This document shows, piece after piece, positions 15,201 to 27,738 of a DNA stretch of 64,000 nt (its first letter is position 1; each line of letters begins with the position of its first letter). Location: the NCBI GenBank assembly GCA_964016885.1, contig OZ024753.1:16554001-16618000 (forward strand), given 5' to 3'. The notes beneath the pieces were generated by a model that made no database searches, was not told where the DNA came from, and saw nothing but the letters and a program-made list of their open reading frames with translations. Source of the DNA: Eledone cirrhosa (lineage: Eukaryota). The translations under genes and the position numbers were made by a program.

Positions 15201-15443
15201 TACCATATTATCAGCTTCCCCCCTCACCCCCCTCACTCCAAATTTACCATATTATCAGCTTCCCCCCTCACCCCCCTCACTCCAAATTTACCATATTATC
15301 AGCTTCCCCCCTCACCCCCCTCACTCCAAATTTACCATATTATCAGCTTCCCCCCTCACCCCCTCACCCCCTATTTACCATATTATCAGCTTCCCCCCTC
15401 ACTCCAAATTTACCATATTATCAGCTTCCCCCCTCACCCCCTC
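12285..15443. repeat. ~35-45-bp C-rich minisatellite, 3.15 kb
   Basis: Unit CTCCAAATTTACCATATTATCAGCTTCCCCCCTCA(CCCCCTCA)0-1 with variable C-runs. Confidence 0.97.
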
Positions 15444-15830
15444 ACCACCACTGTCAGCGACACTTTCTCCAGCCACAACTTGGTGCCGTCTGCGACTAAC
15501 CCAGGTTCTGCTGCATGTCGGGCTGAAGAGGTCAAACTCTCCGACAAGTTCGCGGTCGTGCCCTTGGCAGTGGACACTTCTGGTGTCCTTGACCCTAGGG
15601 CTATCTCCCTACTCACCACCATAGGCACAGACCTGGCTACCCCTAGCAGTGGAGACTTCGTGTGTCCTTGGCCCTAGGGCTACCTCCCTATTCCCCACCA
15701 TAGGCGCTGAGCTGGCCAGCCGCAGGTGTGAGCCTCGCGAGATGGAATGGCTCTTTCAGCACACACCCCCCTTACCATCCTCCGGGGGAAACGCCTTCTC
15801 CATTCTGCCCGCCAGGGCTGTGGGACGGCC
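15444..15830 (+). mobile_element. 5'-truncated, frameshifted CRE-like endonuclease fragment
   Basis: TVSDTFS...AACRAEEVK...VPLAVDTSGVLDP... and EPREMEWLFQH, homologous to the 1980-2330 protein; internal duplication near 15570-15710. Confidence 0.7.
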
Positions 15831-16134
15831 AACACGTGGGACCTCATTTGCTCACCATACAGAGAGATGGAGGTGATGACAGTGGGAGCTCGGCTCTTCC
15901 ACTTTTGGACCTTATCCTTGAGGTTGTGTTTAATATGGTTGTATATTACTTTTACGCATCAAAACATTGCGTTATCTATTTGTGTATGTTTACCAAGCAC
16001 TAATTAGATGCTCACTTTAGAGGCTGTACTCCCAGTACTTTTGTTTTCACCTAGAGTTATACATTCCCTCAAGGTGTGTTGAAAGTTGTAGACCTACCAA
16101 ACATGGTAACTATTATTTATTGTAATAACGGTTG

Positions 16135-16330
16135 ATTGGCAGTATCGGTAGAGGGTCGGATGCCATGCTTTGAAGCATAGAGTTACCTCCCTTTATGATG
16201 TGAGTTAAAATCCTGCCGAAGTTAACTTTGCCTTTCATCCTTACGGGGTCGATAAAATAAAGTACCAGTAATGCACTGGTTAATTGCTGGCCTTGTGCCA
16301 ATAGTAGAAACAATTTTTTATTGTAATAAT
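16135..16330 (+). mobile_element. SINE family B
   Basis: Full family B consensus. Confidence 0.85.
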
Positions 16331-16402
16331 TCTGTACTTGTGGTAACTTGGTATGATCTGGTTGTAATTTGATTTCAAATCTAATATCACACACACATGC
16401 AT

Positions 16403-16598
16403 CCAAGAGTTGGCTGTAAAATTCATGGGCTGACTATGAAGGAGTGATGCTAGGGCTGTGAAATCTTGCAGGCATTAATTCAACTCTTCTTAATAACTGC
16501 ATTGTTTCTTTCCAGGGACTATGTTGAAAAATATACCTCATTTGGTCATTCCATGAGAGTATCTTGGTCAGTCTATGAACTTCTCAGCCAAACCTCAT
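16403..16598. mobile_element. Tc1/mariner-like MITE (decayed)
   Basis: Imperfect TIRs GAGTTGGCTGTAAAATTCATGGGCTGAC / GTCAGTCTATGAACTTCTCAGCCAAACCTC. Confidence 0.6.
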
Positions 16599-16599
16599 C

Positions 16600-17530
16600 A
16601 TCATCATCATCGTTTAACGTCTATCTTCTACGCTAGCATGGGTTAGACAGGAATTGTCCCACTTGAGGCAAAATTGATTGGGTAACCGTGTCTCGCTCAT
16701 ATAAGACTGTATCTGGCAGGTTTTCTATGGCTGGATGCCCTTCCTAACATCAACCACATTTACAGTGTGGACTGAGAGCCTTTTTACCATGTCTCCTACA
16801 CGACCACTTTATAGTGTGACTAGGAGCCTTTTTACCATGTCTCCTACACGACCACTTTATAGTGTGGACTGGGAGTCTTTTTACCGTGTCTCCTACACGA
16901 CCACTTTATAGTGTGGACTGGGAGTCTTTTTACCGTGTCTCCTACACGACCACTTTATAGTGTGGACTGGGAGTCTTTTTACCGTGTCTCCTACACGACC
17001 ACTTTATAGTGTGGACTGGGAGTCTTTTTACCGTGTCTCCTACACGACCACTTTACAGTGTGGACTGGGAGTCTTTTTACCGTGTCCCCTACACAACCAC
17101 TTTACAGTGTGGATTGGGAGTCTTTTTACCGTGTCTCCTACACGACCACTTTACAGTGTGGACTGGGAGTCTTTTTACCGTGTCTCCTACACGACCACTT
17201 TACAGTGTGGACTGGGAGTCTTTTTACCATGTCTCCTACACAACCACTTTATAGTGTGGACTGGGAGTCTTTTTACCGTGTCTCCTACACGACCACTTTA
17301 TAGTGTGGACTGGGTGTCTTTTTACCGTGTCTCCTACACGACCACTTTATAGTGTGGACTGGGTGCTTTTTTGTTTTGACACCTACATGACCTCTTTAGT
17401 TTCGACTGGATGTTCCGTGGTACCAACATAACTTTACAGAGAAAGGGGGATGTGGGTGGAAGTGGGAGGATGGGGTAGTGGGTTGGGGGACTATATTTGG
17501 TTAAGAGGTGCCTACTGAATGCTGACTAGG
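16600..17530 (-). mobile_element. RTE 3'-UTR fragment with 49-bp module amplified ~12 times (16760-17365)
   Basis: (CAT)n tail and GCTGGATGCCCTTCCTAAC, then AGTGTGGACTGGGAGTCTTTTTACCGTGTCTCCTACACGACCACTTTAT repeats; collinear with 28640-29030. Confidence 0.85.
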
Positions 17531-18046
17531 TTTAACTTTGTACGTATGTGTATATGTGTATTTGTATAAATATGCATGTGTATGTCATAATCATGATTTA
17601 ATATATTTTCTATACTTGTTTGGGTTTGATGGGCTGCCATCTTATGAGACAAATTCATATCAGGTGATCATGTCTTGCTCATATGGAACTGTTTCTGGGT
17701 TGATTTCTACAGTGGGATGCCCTTCCTAACACTAACCATCATAGCAGCATAGATGAAGTGCTGTTTATCGTCTAACAAGGTGGTATCAATGCTACACGGG
17801 GGGTTGAGTGCTTTTTGTTATGTCACCAGCATGATTGTGTATATGTATATATATATATATATATATACATGCATGTATAAAAATAAAGGAACGACCGACT
17901 TTCGTCAAATCTGACCAAGGAAACAATGTTTCCGTTGGTCTTTCCAGTTGCTAATACTATCTATCGGTCGCAATTCCAGGTAGAAGGAGCAATGTAAAAT
18001 AAAGTGTCTTGTTCAAGGACATGCATATATGTATATGTATAAATGC

Positions 18047-18365
18047 AGGTGAAGTTCAAGTATCTTGCGGCTGTTTTCATGGATGGTAGGAGGCTAAATT
18101 AAGAAGGGAGGTAGGTGTAAAAACCAAACTTGCGATCTTTGATGTTGTGTTCATGCCAACCCTTACCTATGGTCATGAATCTTGGATAATGGTTGAAAGA
18201 ATATGATCACGAATACAAGCAACCTAAATGCCCCCCCCCCCCCCCCCCCAAAAAAAAAACAACAACAAAAAAACAAAAAAAAAAACGGATTTTGGAGTAA
18301 TGTTACTTGATAAAGTGTATAGCTTGGAGATCAGGGAATCACACCAGGTCGCTTCTACTTCTCTG
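18047..18365 (+). mobile_element. Decayed RTE (Rex3/Expander-like) ORF C-terminal fragment
   Basis: Translates to FKYL...KTKLAIFDVVFMPTLTYGHESWIMVERI*SRIQA. Confidence 0.7.
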
Positions 18366-18482
18366 AATTGTATTGCTTGTTCTCATATTTTATAAACTCT
18401 GAGGGTTGTAAAACTTACAGATACACACACACACACACACATATCAGTTGAAAATTGCAAACTTGACTGTCACCACATATTA

Positions 18483-18521
18483 TGAACCTGAAGATTGCGA
18501 AAGCATGAAAGTACTTGTTCA
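18483..18521 (+). ncRNA. Minimal type-I hammerhead ribozyme
   Basis: TGAAC-CTGAAGA-T-TGC(GAAA)GCA-T-GAAA-GTAC-TT-GTTCA; perfect 5-bp stem I, palindromic AAGTACTT. Confidence 0.75.
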
Positions 18522-18633
18522 ATTAACACTTAGAATTTAATATTCTATCATACTATTTCATTATAATACCATTATAAATTTTAAAGGATTGTAAATAAAA
18601 CGAGCAAATCAGACAAAGTTGGAGTTCCTCTTA

Positions 18634-18683
<50 letters not shown>

Positions 18684-19051
18684 TAACCCCAATGCTAGCG
18701 TGGAAGATAGACGTTAAACGATGATGATAATGATGTTGATACACACACACACACATATACATCCATATATACTTAGGTTGTGAAACTCATACACACATGC
18801 ATGTGTACATGCAAACCCATATATACACACACACATACATATACACACATAAATAATTACATAATATTCACACAATCTCATACACTCAGAATTAAACAAA
18901 TAGTATATAGCACACAAACTCATTGATGAATACACTGTACACACACTGACAATATTAAGTTTGGATTTTTCACTCAGGACTATTTTTTTACCATAAACGT
19001 TGTTAGATTTCCCAAGCAGACATTTATAAATTCAAGACAACTTGAGTCACA

Positions 19052-19460
19052 TTTTTGAGCCTAAGACAGTACTGTAATGTTCTGAAAGTCAGCCTGAGTC
19101 AGGCTTTTGAGCCTAATACAGTACTGTAGTGTTCTGAAAGTCAGCCTCAGCCAGGCTTTTGAGCCTAAGACAGTACTGTAGAGTTCTGAAAGTCAGCCTC
19201 AGACAGGCTTTTGAGCCTAAGACAGTACTGTAGTGTTCTGAGAGTCAGTCTAAGACAATATTGTAGTGTTCTGAAAGTCAGCCGGAGTCAGGCTTTTGAG
19301 CCTAAGACAGTACTGTAGTGTTCTGAGAGTCAGCCTGACTCAGGCTTTTGAGCCTAAGACAGTACTGTAGTGTTCTGAAAGTCAGCCTCAGCCAGGCTTT
19401 TGAGCCTAAGACAATACTATAGCGTTCTGAGAGTCAGCCTGAGTCAGGCTTTTGAGCCAA
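19052..19460. repeat. 52-bp minisatellite, ~8 copies
   Basis: Unit GGCTTTTGAGCCTAAGACAGTACTGTAGTGTTCTGAAAGTCAGCCTGAGTCA. Confidence 0.9.
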
Positions 19461-19565
19461 GAAAATATTACTAGTCAAGAATTAATGTAGAGTTCTGAGA
19501 TATTTTTTGTTTGTGTAAAAAAATAGTCTTGATATTCAGTCTCTGTGGACTTAGTCAGAGATGAT

Positions 19566-19597
<32 letters not shown>

Positions 19598-19717
19598 CAT
19601 GCACATATACACACACATATATATATATACATACACATATATATATATATATCACCATGTAATATGAACTATCTTATATATACACACACACATTTATATA
19701 TACACACACATATATAT

Positions 19718-19762
<45 letters not shown>

Positions 19763-19854
19763 TTTATATACACACACACATTTATATACACACACACATA
19801 TATATACACACATATATATATATATATACACACACATATATATATATATATTTA

Positions 19855-20183
19855 TCATCATTTTACGTCCACTTTTCCCTGCTTGCAAGGGTGGGACGGG
19901 AACTGATTCTGGCTTGATTTCTACAGCTGGATGCCCTTCCTAACACCAACCTCATTTACAGTGAGTGCTAGGTGCTTTTTGCCATGGCACCTCTACGACC
20001 ACTTTGCAGTAGAGTGATAGGGACCCCAGTCCCTATCATCTCATTTCTACAGCTGAGTAAACTGGAGCAATGTGAAATAAAGTGTCTTGCTCAAGGAAAC
20101 AACACATCACCCGGTCTGAGAATTGAACTCACAACCTTTCGATTGCAGGACCAATGCTCTAACCACTAAGCCATGTGCCTCCA
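19855..20183 (-). mobile_element. SINE family A, full length
   Basis: A box TGGCTTAGTGG, B box GTTCAATTC, RTE-type tail. Confidence 0.92.
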
Positions 20184-20529
20184 TATATGTATATATAAGA
20201 TAGTTCATATTACATGGTGATATAAGTGGTACAGGCAGGTAAATGTTAGAGAACGTTATACATCTATTGTTCTTATACACACACTCACATATATATACAC
20301 GTGCGTGTGTATATATATTTATTACATATTAGGTGAATGAATCACTCAAAGCTCTGACATTCCACACAACCTGGGTGTATATTTGTATATTTGTGTATAT
20401 ATTAGAGTAAAACCCTTCATTTTTATTTCAAAATATGACCCATGTCTACCACAAGTCTATTACATCTGGTTTATCATTAACACCAAATAATTAGCAAAAA
20501 TCCATTAAAACTCCACAGAAATTCCAGTC

Positions 20530-22610
20530 TGTAGAATAGATTTATTATACATACACACTCACACACATACACACACACATACACACACACATACACACAC
20601 ACATATAGATTTATTACACATACACACTCACACACATACACACACACATATAGATTTATTACACATACACACTCACACACATACACACACACATAGATTT
20701 ATTATACATACACACTCACACACATACACATATACACATAGTTTATTATACATACACACACACACACACACATATAGATTTATTATACATACACACTCAC
20801 ACACATACACACACACATATAGATTTATTACACACACACACTCACACACATATATACACACACGCATATAGATTTGTTACACATACACACTCACACACAC
20901 ACATATACACACACATATAGATTTATTACACATACACACACACACATAGGTTTATTACACATACACACTCACACACATACACACACTCACACACACACAC
21001 ACACACATTTATTACACACACACATACACACATACACGCATGCATGCACACACAGATACACACATATATGTAAAAACACACACACATATATATACACACA
21101 CATGTATAAACACACACACACACAGATGTACACATACACTTACACACACACACTCACATACACACATGCACTTACACACACACATACACACACATGCACA
21201 CACATGCACACACACACATGCACACACACACACATGCACACACATACTCACATACACACATGCCCACATACACTTACATACACACACTTACATGCACACA
21301 TGCACTCACTCACACATATACACACACACACCATATACACACCATATATATATATATATATCAAATTAAAATATATATTTAAAAAAAAAGGAATTTCTAT
21401 TCAATTTTCAGTAACTTATTTTCTAATTAACTCATAAGATTGAATGAAAATGAAGAAATTATGTTTGAGTGTGGAAAATATATTTAATGGTGGTGGTGGT
21501 GGTGTGGTGGTGTTGGTGACAGTGGTGGTGGTGGTGGTGTTGGTGACAGTGGTGTGGTGGTGTTGGTGACAGTGGTGGTGGTGGTGGTGTTGGTGACAGT
21601 GGTGTGGTGGTGTTGGTGACAGTGGTGGTGGTGGTGGTGTTGGTGACAGTGGTGGTGGTGATGGTGGTGACAGTGGTGGTGGTGGTGGTGGTGGTGACAC
21701 TGGTGGTGTTGTTGTTGGTGTGGTGGTGGTGGTGGTGGTGGTGGTGGTGTGGTGGTGTTGGTGACAGTAGTGGTGGTGGTGTGGTGGTGGTGTGGTGGTG
21801 TGGTAGTAGTGTGGTGGTGTCGTGGTGTGGTGGTGGTGTGGTAGTGTGGTGTGGTAGTGTGGTGGTAGTGTGGTGGTGTGGTAGTGTGGTGGTGGTGTAG
21901 TAGTGTGGTAGTGTGGTGGTGTGGTGGTGTGGTGGTGGTGTGGTGTAGTAGTGGTAGTGTGGTGGTGTGGTGGTGTGGTGGTGCAGTGGTGTAGTGGTGT
22001 GGTGGTGGTGTGGTGTAGTGGTGTAGTGGTGTGGTGGTGTAGTGGTGTGGTGGTGTAGTGGTGTGGTAGTGTGGTGGTGGTGTAGTAGTGTGGTAGTGTG
22101 GTGGTGTAGTGGTGTGGTAGTGTGGTGGTGTAGTGGTGTGGTGGTGGTGTAGTGGTGTGGTGGTGTAGTGGTGTAGTGGTATGGTGGTGTGGTGGTGTAG
22201 TGATGTGGTAGTGTGGTGGTGTAGTGGTGTGGTAGTGTGGTGGTGTAGTGGTGTAGTGGTGTGGTAGTGTGGTGGTGTAGTGGTGTAGTGGTGTGGTGGT
22301 GTAGTAGTGTGGTGGTGTAGTAGTGTGGTGGTGTAGTGGTGTAGTGGTGTGGTAGTGTGGTGGTGTAGTGGTGTAGTGGTGTGGTAGTGTGGTGGTGTAG
22401 TGGTGTAGTGGTGTAGTGGTGTGGTAGTGTGGTGGTGTAGTGGTGTGGTAGTGTGGTGGTGTAGTGGTGTAGTGGTGTAGTGGTGTGGTAGTGGTATGGT
22501 GGTGTGGTGGTGTGGTGAGATATAACCGTGTGGTGTTATTAAATCTCTAATAAATCTTTATGGTTTTTCTTAGATGAAAACTATAAGTAAAGTGTGTGTC
22601 TATATATATA

Positions 22611-22669
<59 letters not shown>

Positions 22670-23240
22670 ATATATATATGTATGTGTGTGTATATACATG
22701 TGTGTGTGTATATATATATGTATGTGTGTGTATATACATGTGTGTGTGTATATATATATGTGTGTTTGAGTGTATATATTTGTGTGTGTGTGTGTATATA
22801 TATGTGTGTACATATATATGTATGTGTGTGCGTGTGTATATATATATATATACATGTGTGTGTATATATATATATGTGTGTGTGTGTATATATATATGTG
22901 TGTGTGTGTGTGTATATAAGTGTATGAGTGTATATACATGTATGTGTGTGTACATGTGTGTGTGTGCATGCCTGTACATGTGTGTATGTACATGCTTGTT
23001 TATGTACATGTGTGTGTGTGTGTGTCTGTACATGTGTGTGTGTGTCTGTACATGTGTGTGTGTCTGTACATGTGTGTGTGGTTGTTTGTCCTAGATATTA
23101 TTTATGGTTGTGGTAGTAAATGTGTGTGTGTATATATCTCTGTGTGATTATGTGTGTGTCTGAGTCCTTGTTTTATTATTTATGACTGGTAGTGTGGTGT
23201 GTGTGTGGTTGTGTGTGTATGTGTGGTAGTGTGTGTATGT
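20530..23240. repeat. Simple-repeat field: (CA)n-rich 20530-21360, (GGT/GTAGT)n 21488-22517, (TG/TA)n 22585-23240
   Basis: Direct reading. Confidence 0.95.
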
Positions 23241-23634
23241 GTGTCTTTATATATGTTGCTGTTGTTTAGCCAGAGGTCACCTCTGATTCATTGGACCTGT
23301 TATCAAAGACCTTCCATCCATGACCATCTCATCCTTTATTTTACAGACATAATTATGTCTGTTGTTCAGAGTTCTGTTGACATGTTTAAGGTCTTGGAGG
23401 TCTTGCTACATCAATCAACAAAAGACAGTTGAGTGTGTTCTAAAGAGTTAGCTGCTATTTCTAGCAGGTTGAGTGGTGTCATAGTAGAGGCACATTCTTG
23501 TGTCTATATTCTAACTGTATTTCTAAGTGAGATGAAGGGAGAAACTGTTCCGTTGGCTGCAAGTTAACAGTTGCAAGAAAGATATGTGTAGAGAGGGAAT
23601 TTCACAGAACCAATGTACCATATCATTATCACTC

Positions 23635-24062
23635 ATCATCACTGTTTTACGTCCGTTCTTCCACGCTAGCATGGGTTAGACGGGTTGTCCTGTTGTGGGC
23701 AGTGTCCGGTCGACTGACCTTGTCTTGTTTATACGGGAACTGATTCTGGCTTCATTTCTACAGCTGGATGCCCTTCCTAACACCACAACCTTATTTACAG
23801 TGATAGCTGGGTGCTTTTTTCCGTGGTGCCTACATGTCCACTTTACAGTGAGTGCCGGGTGCTCTTTTGCCGTGGCACCTCCACGACCACTCTGCAGTGG
23901 AATGATAGGGACCCCAGTCCCTATCATCTCATTTCTACAGCTGAGTAAACTGAAGCAATGTGAAATAAAGTGTCTTGCTCAAGGAAACAACACATCACCC
24001 GGTCCGAGAATTGAACTGACAACCTTTCGATTGCAAGCCCAATGCTCTAACCACTAAGCCAT
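23635..24062 (-). mobile_element. SINE family A, long-tail variant
   Basis: SINE A head and core plus a longer RTE 3' UTR (GCCCACAACAGGACAACCCGTCTAACCCATGCTAGCGTGG). Confidence 0.9.
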
Positions 24063-24126
24063 ATACTAAACTATAAGCCGAAGAATATATATATATACAC
24101 ACACACACACAGACACACACACACAC

Positions 24127-24300
24127 AAGTGGAAGCTTAGTAAATTCGAAGCTTTGGCTGTGGCCAAGCTAACGACCTACAATAAGGAATGAGTAGCAAA
24201 GCACTCAATAAGGGTAGGCCCTTAGAGTAATAACATACGTTTAGACAGCTTGACAAATTGAAAATTGCGGCAAGCAGACCTAACCACACAATACCAAAAA
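24127..24300. repeat. Dispersed repeat, second copy at 37277-37460
   Basis: AAGTGGAAGCTTAGT...GACCTACAATAAGGAATGAGTAGCAAAGCACTCAATAAGGGTAGG; both start at a microsatellite. Confidence 0.75.
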
Positions 24301-24329
24301 CAACGAAAAAACTAATCAGGTTAGACAAC

Positions 24330-24690
24330 TGACCTGGGACTGAGGAAACAATGTTTCCATTGGTCTTACCAATTGCTGATACTATTGGTTGCAAATCCAG
24401 GTAGAAGGAGCAACTTGAAATAAAGTGTCTTGCTCAAGGACATAACGCAACACGAGGTCTGGGAATCGAACTCACAACATCACGATTGAGAGTTCAATTC
24501 TCTAACTACTCAACCATACGCCTTCACCTAAAGGCACATGGCTGAGTGGTTAGAGAAGTAGATACGCAATCGTGAGGTTGTGAGTTCCATTCCCAGACAG
24601 GTCAATGCGTTAGTCCTTGAGCAAGACACTTTATTTTACATTCCTTCTACCTGGATTTGCAACCAATAGTATCAGCAATTGGAAAGACCG
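24330..24690. mobile_element. Head-to-head pair of SINE family C copies (minus 24330-24528, plus 24531-24690)
   Basis: Both carry A/B boxes, CCTTGAGCAAGACACTTT and CTACCTGGATTTGCAACCAATAGTATCAGCAATTGG. Confidence 0.8.
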
Positions 24691-24867
24691 AGGAATATGT
24701 AACCAATGGTAGAAGGTGGTAGAATTATATTCGGGGTCAATATTTTGACAATTTTCACCAACTTAAAATTCTATGTAAATAAGATTTGGATTTTTGCCCA
24801 TTTCTCTGACATAAAATAGTGGGAATGGCTTATATTTATATCAGCTTATATTTGAGTATATACTGTT

Positions 24868-25200
24868 AGTTGACCTCTAAGTCCTAAAATTAACCTAGAC
24901 TAACATTCACCAGGTTTTGATCCTAAGTTTTAAAAGTTGACCTCTAATTCCTAAAATTAACCTAGACAAGCATTCACCAGGTTTTGATCCCAAGTTTTAA
25001 AAGTTGACCTCTAAGTCCTAAAATAACCTAGACTAAATTTCACCAGGTTTTGATCCCAAGTTTTAAAAGTTGACCTCTAAGTCCTAAAATTAACCTAGAC
25101 TAACATTCACCAGGTTTTGATCCCAAGTTTTAAAAGTTGACCTATAATTCCTAAAATTAACCTAGACTAACATTCACCAGGTTTTGATCCCAAGTTTCAA
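24868..25200. repeat. 67-bp minisatellite, 5 copies
   Basis: Unit AGTTGACCTCTAAGTCCTAAAATTAACCTAGACTAACATTCACCAGGTTTTGATCCCAAGTTTTAAA. Confidence 0.92.
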
Positions 25201-26109
25201 AGTCAACTTTAAATATAAAGTGGGTGTTTACCTGAGTTAAGGTCCTGTAAGTAGTAGGAAAGCATGTTATAATTCTGAAGGTCTGCTATGTCATTCTTGA
25301 AGACCAAGATGGTGTTTCCTTTGGAACTGTCAACATCTCATTAAACTTTTTGCAAGCACCCCCTTGTGACCCTGTTAAATATTTCAACTAGAAGTTTTAG
25401 GGTTTTGTCATCTCCTGGTGCTTTCAAGGTGCTTGCCTTTTTTTCAGTGTGTTAGACACTTCTTCAGTTGTGGTGTCCTCCCCCACCCCTACAGTTGTTC
25501 AGTGACTGTGTTCTGACCAGTGTGTAGTGATTCCCTTGCTGCTTGCACTCCTCTACCACCACCATAACCACCACCACCACCATCACCAGCAGCAGCAGTA
25601 GTAGTAGCAGCAGTAGTGGTAGTAGTAGTGATAGTGGTAGTGGTAGTAGTAGTAGTAGTGGCAGTAGTAACAGCAGCAGTAGTAGTAGTAGTAGTAGTAG
25701 CAGTAGCAGCAGTAGTGGTAGTAGTAGCAGTAATGGTAGTAGTAGCAGTAGTGGTAGTAGTAGTAGTAGTAGTAAGAATGTTTGCATTTTTTTTTTTGAA
25801 GGGGAAAACTAAAGAAACCTTTTGTCTTTCTTATCACTTAGACACACTTTGTATTGATACACATATATATATACACACATATATATGCACATATATATAT
25901 ATACACACATATATATATATACACACATATATACACTTATATACACACACATATACACACTTATAGACCAGGTTATAAATACCATTATTAATAGAACTGC
26001 TATAAATCACGATATATATTGTATCTGTCTGTCTATCTATATATGTATGTGTATGTATGTACATATATGTATATGTATTTATCTATCTATCTATCTATCT
26101 ATCTATCCA

Positions 26110-26935
26110 CCCTTGGAGAGTCGCTAGGCATGGAGGAGGACGAACTGGCCAGCCTGTTCGGTAAAACTTTCGGCCCGGGACCCATGGGACAACTTCCAGA
26201 GGTCCCTAGCCTGGCAGTGTTACCGGGGGGCTCTTCCCGTTCGAGAAAAGCTCTACAGACACGGGCGCCCGGGCAGGGATCCTGCGAAAAAGATCTGTCC
26301 CAGATGCGTGCGCGACAAGGAAACCGTTGCGCATGCACTGGTACACTGCCCGGGCGTTGCCGATCTGTGGGGCTACGTCGAACGACTGCTGTCGCGTGTG
26401 GCGCCGATTCCATTAACCGCCGAGTCTGTGGTGAACATCAAGCCGCCGCCTCCCTTCAGAAATGAAGCAGAGGCGGTCTTTCTGTGCGTAATAGCCATGA
26501 TGAAAGAGGTTGTGTGGTGGACGCGCCTGAAAGGTCTGAGGTCGGGTGACTTTCTCTCTGGCCATCACCTGGTTTACTTCCGATACCACTTCGGAAGAAG
26601 GATCAGGATGGAGAGAGAAGTGCTTGGCCCCAGACAGTTTTATGAAAGGTGGGTGAAAGAAGCGAGAATGGCTCGTGTAAATGGGCCTTCTCTCTACATT
26701 GTTCTGTAGGTGAAGAAGTGAAGAGGAAAGGGGGAGCGCCTCCTCTCTGGGCTTCCCCCGCGAAAAGGGTTGCACACTTTTCGGGGGTATGTGCAATCCC
26801 GAACACGCCCCCTCCCTTTTGAGGACTTTTTATTATTATATTATTATTGTTATTCCTTTTTCTTTACTCGATTTATGTAAACTCCCCCACTGTGTATTTG
26901 TCCTCTTCTTTTGTGCCCTCGTGGCAAATAAATAG
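26110..26935 (+). mobile_element. Tx1/L1-like LINE 3' fragment (zinc-binding C-terminus plus 3' UTR)
   Basis: CPRC.RDKETVAHALVHCP motif; homologous to 32960-33805; ends GTGGCAAATAAA. Confidence 0.85.
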
Positions 26936-27186
26936 AAATTTATCTATTTAATTTATTAAATTATTGATATTTTATTTGAGTGACCCGAATCTTCCTGGTC
27001 GTTCTTTTTCGGCTGCATGGGTGATTTTAGGCATGATCTCTATGTGTTGGTATTTTAACGATAGTTTTAGCTCTGATTTTTCCAAATTATTGAGCCCTCT
27101 GCCACATATATCGGATATTGTTTATCGTGATTTCGTGGGCTGATATTCCGATTCTCGATTATTCTACTATATATATATATATATAC

Positions 27187-27725
27187 GATCAAGCTGCCTC
27201 CCCTCTTCAAAAACGAAGGAGAGGCGGTGTTTCTGTGCGTAGTAGCCATGGCGAAAGAGGTTGTATGGTGGACGCGTCTGAAAGGACTGAGGTCAGACAC
27301 CTTTCTCTCTGGCCAACAACTGGTCCGTTTCTTCCGATATCATTTCGGAAGAAGGATCAGGATGGAGAGAGAGGTGCTGCACCCCAGCCGTTTTTATGAA
27401 AGATGGGTGAAAGTGGCGAGAATGGCCCGTGTGAATGGGCCTTCACTCTACATCAGACTATAGGTGAGGAAGATGAAAGATCAAGGGAGCACCCCCTCTC
27501 TGTGCTCCTGAGCAGAAGGGTTGCACACTTTTTTGGGGGGGGGGGTGCGACCCCCCAAGGCGCCTCCTCCCTATTGAGGATTTTGTTATTAAATTTATTT
27601 TTGTTATATTTTATTTTAATTTTATATCTTGTTATTACCTCTTCCTTATTGAGGACGCCTTTTTATATAAACTCCCCCATTGTTCTTGTCCCACTTTTTG
27701 ATGCCCTGGTGGCAAATAAAAAGAA
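27187..27725 (+). mobile_element. Tx1/L1-like LINE shorter 3' fragment
   Basis: FLCVVAMAKEVVWWTRLKGLRS...GPSLYIRL*, same 3' UTR ending GTGGCAAATAAA. Confidence 0.85.
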
Positions 27726-27738
27726 AATTATATATATA

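Noticed and set aside
12231-15677. 1148-aa ORF
   Set aside because: Translation of a stop-free minisatellite that drifts through all three unit frames; only the last ~75 aa are CRE-like
21488-22517. Telomere-like G-rich tract
   Set aside because: Irregular GGT/GTAGT mixture with no TTAGGG-type unit
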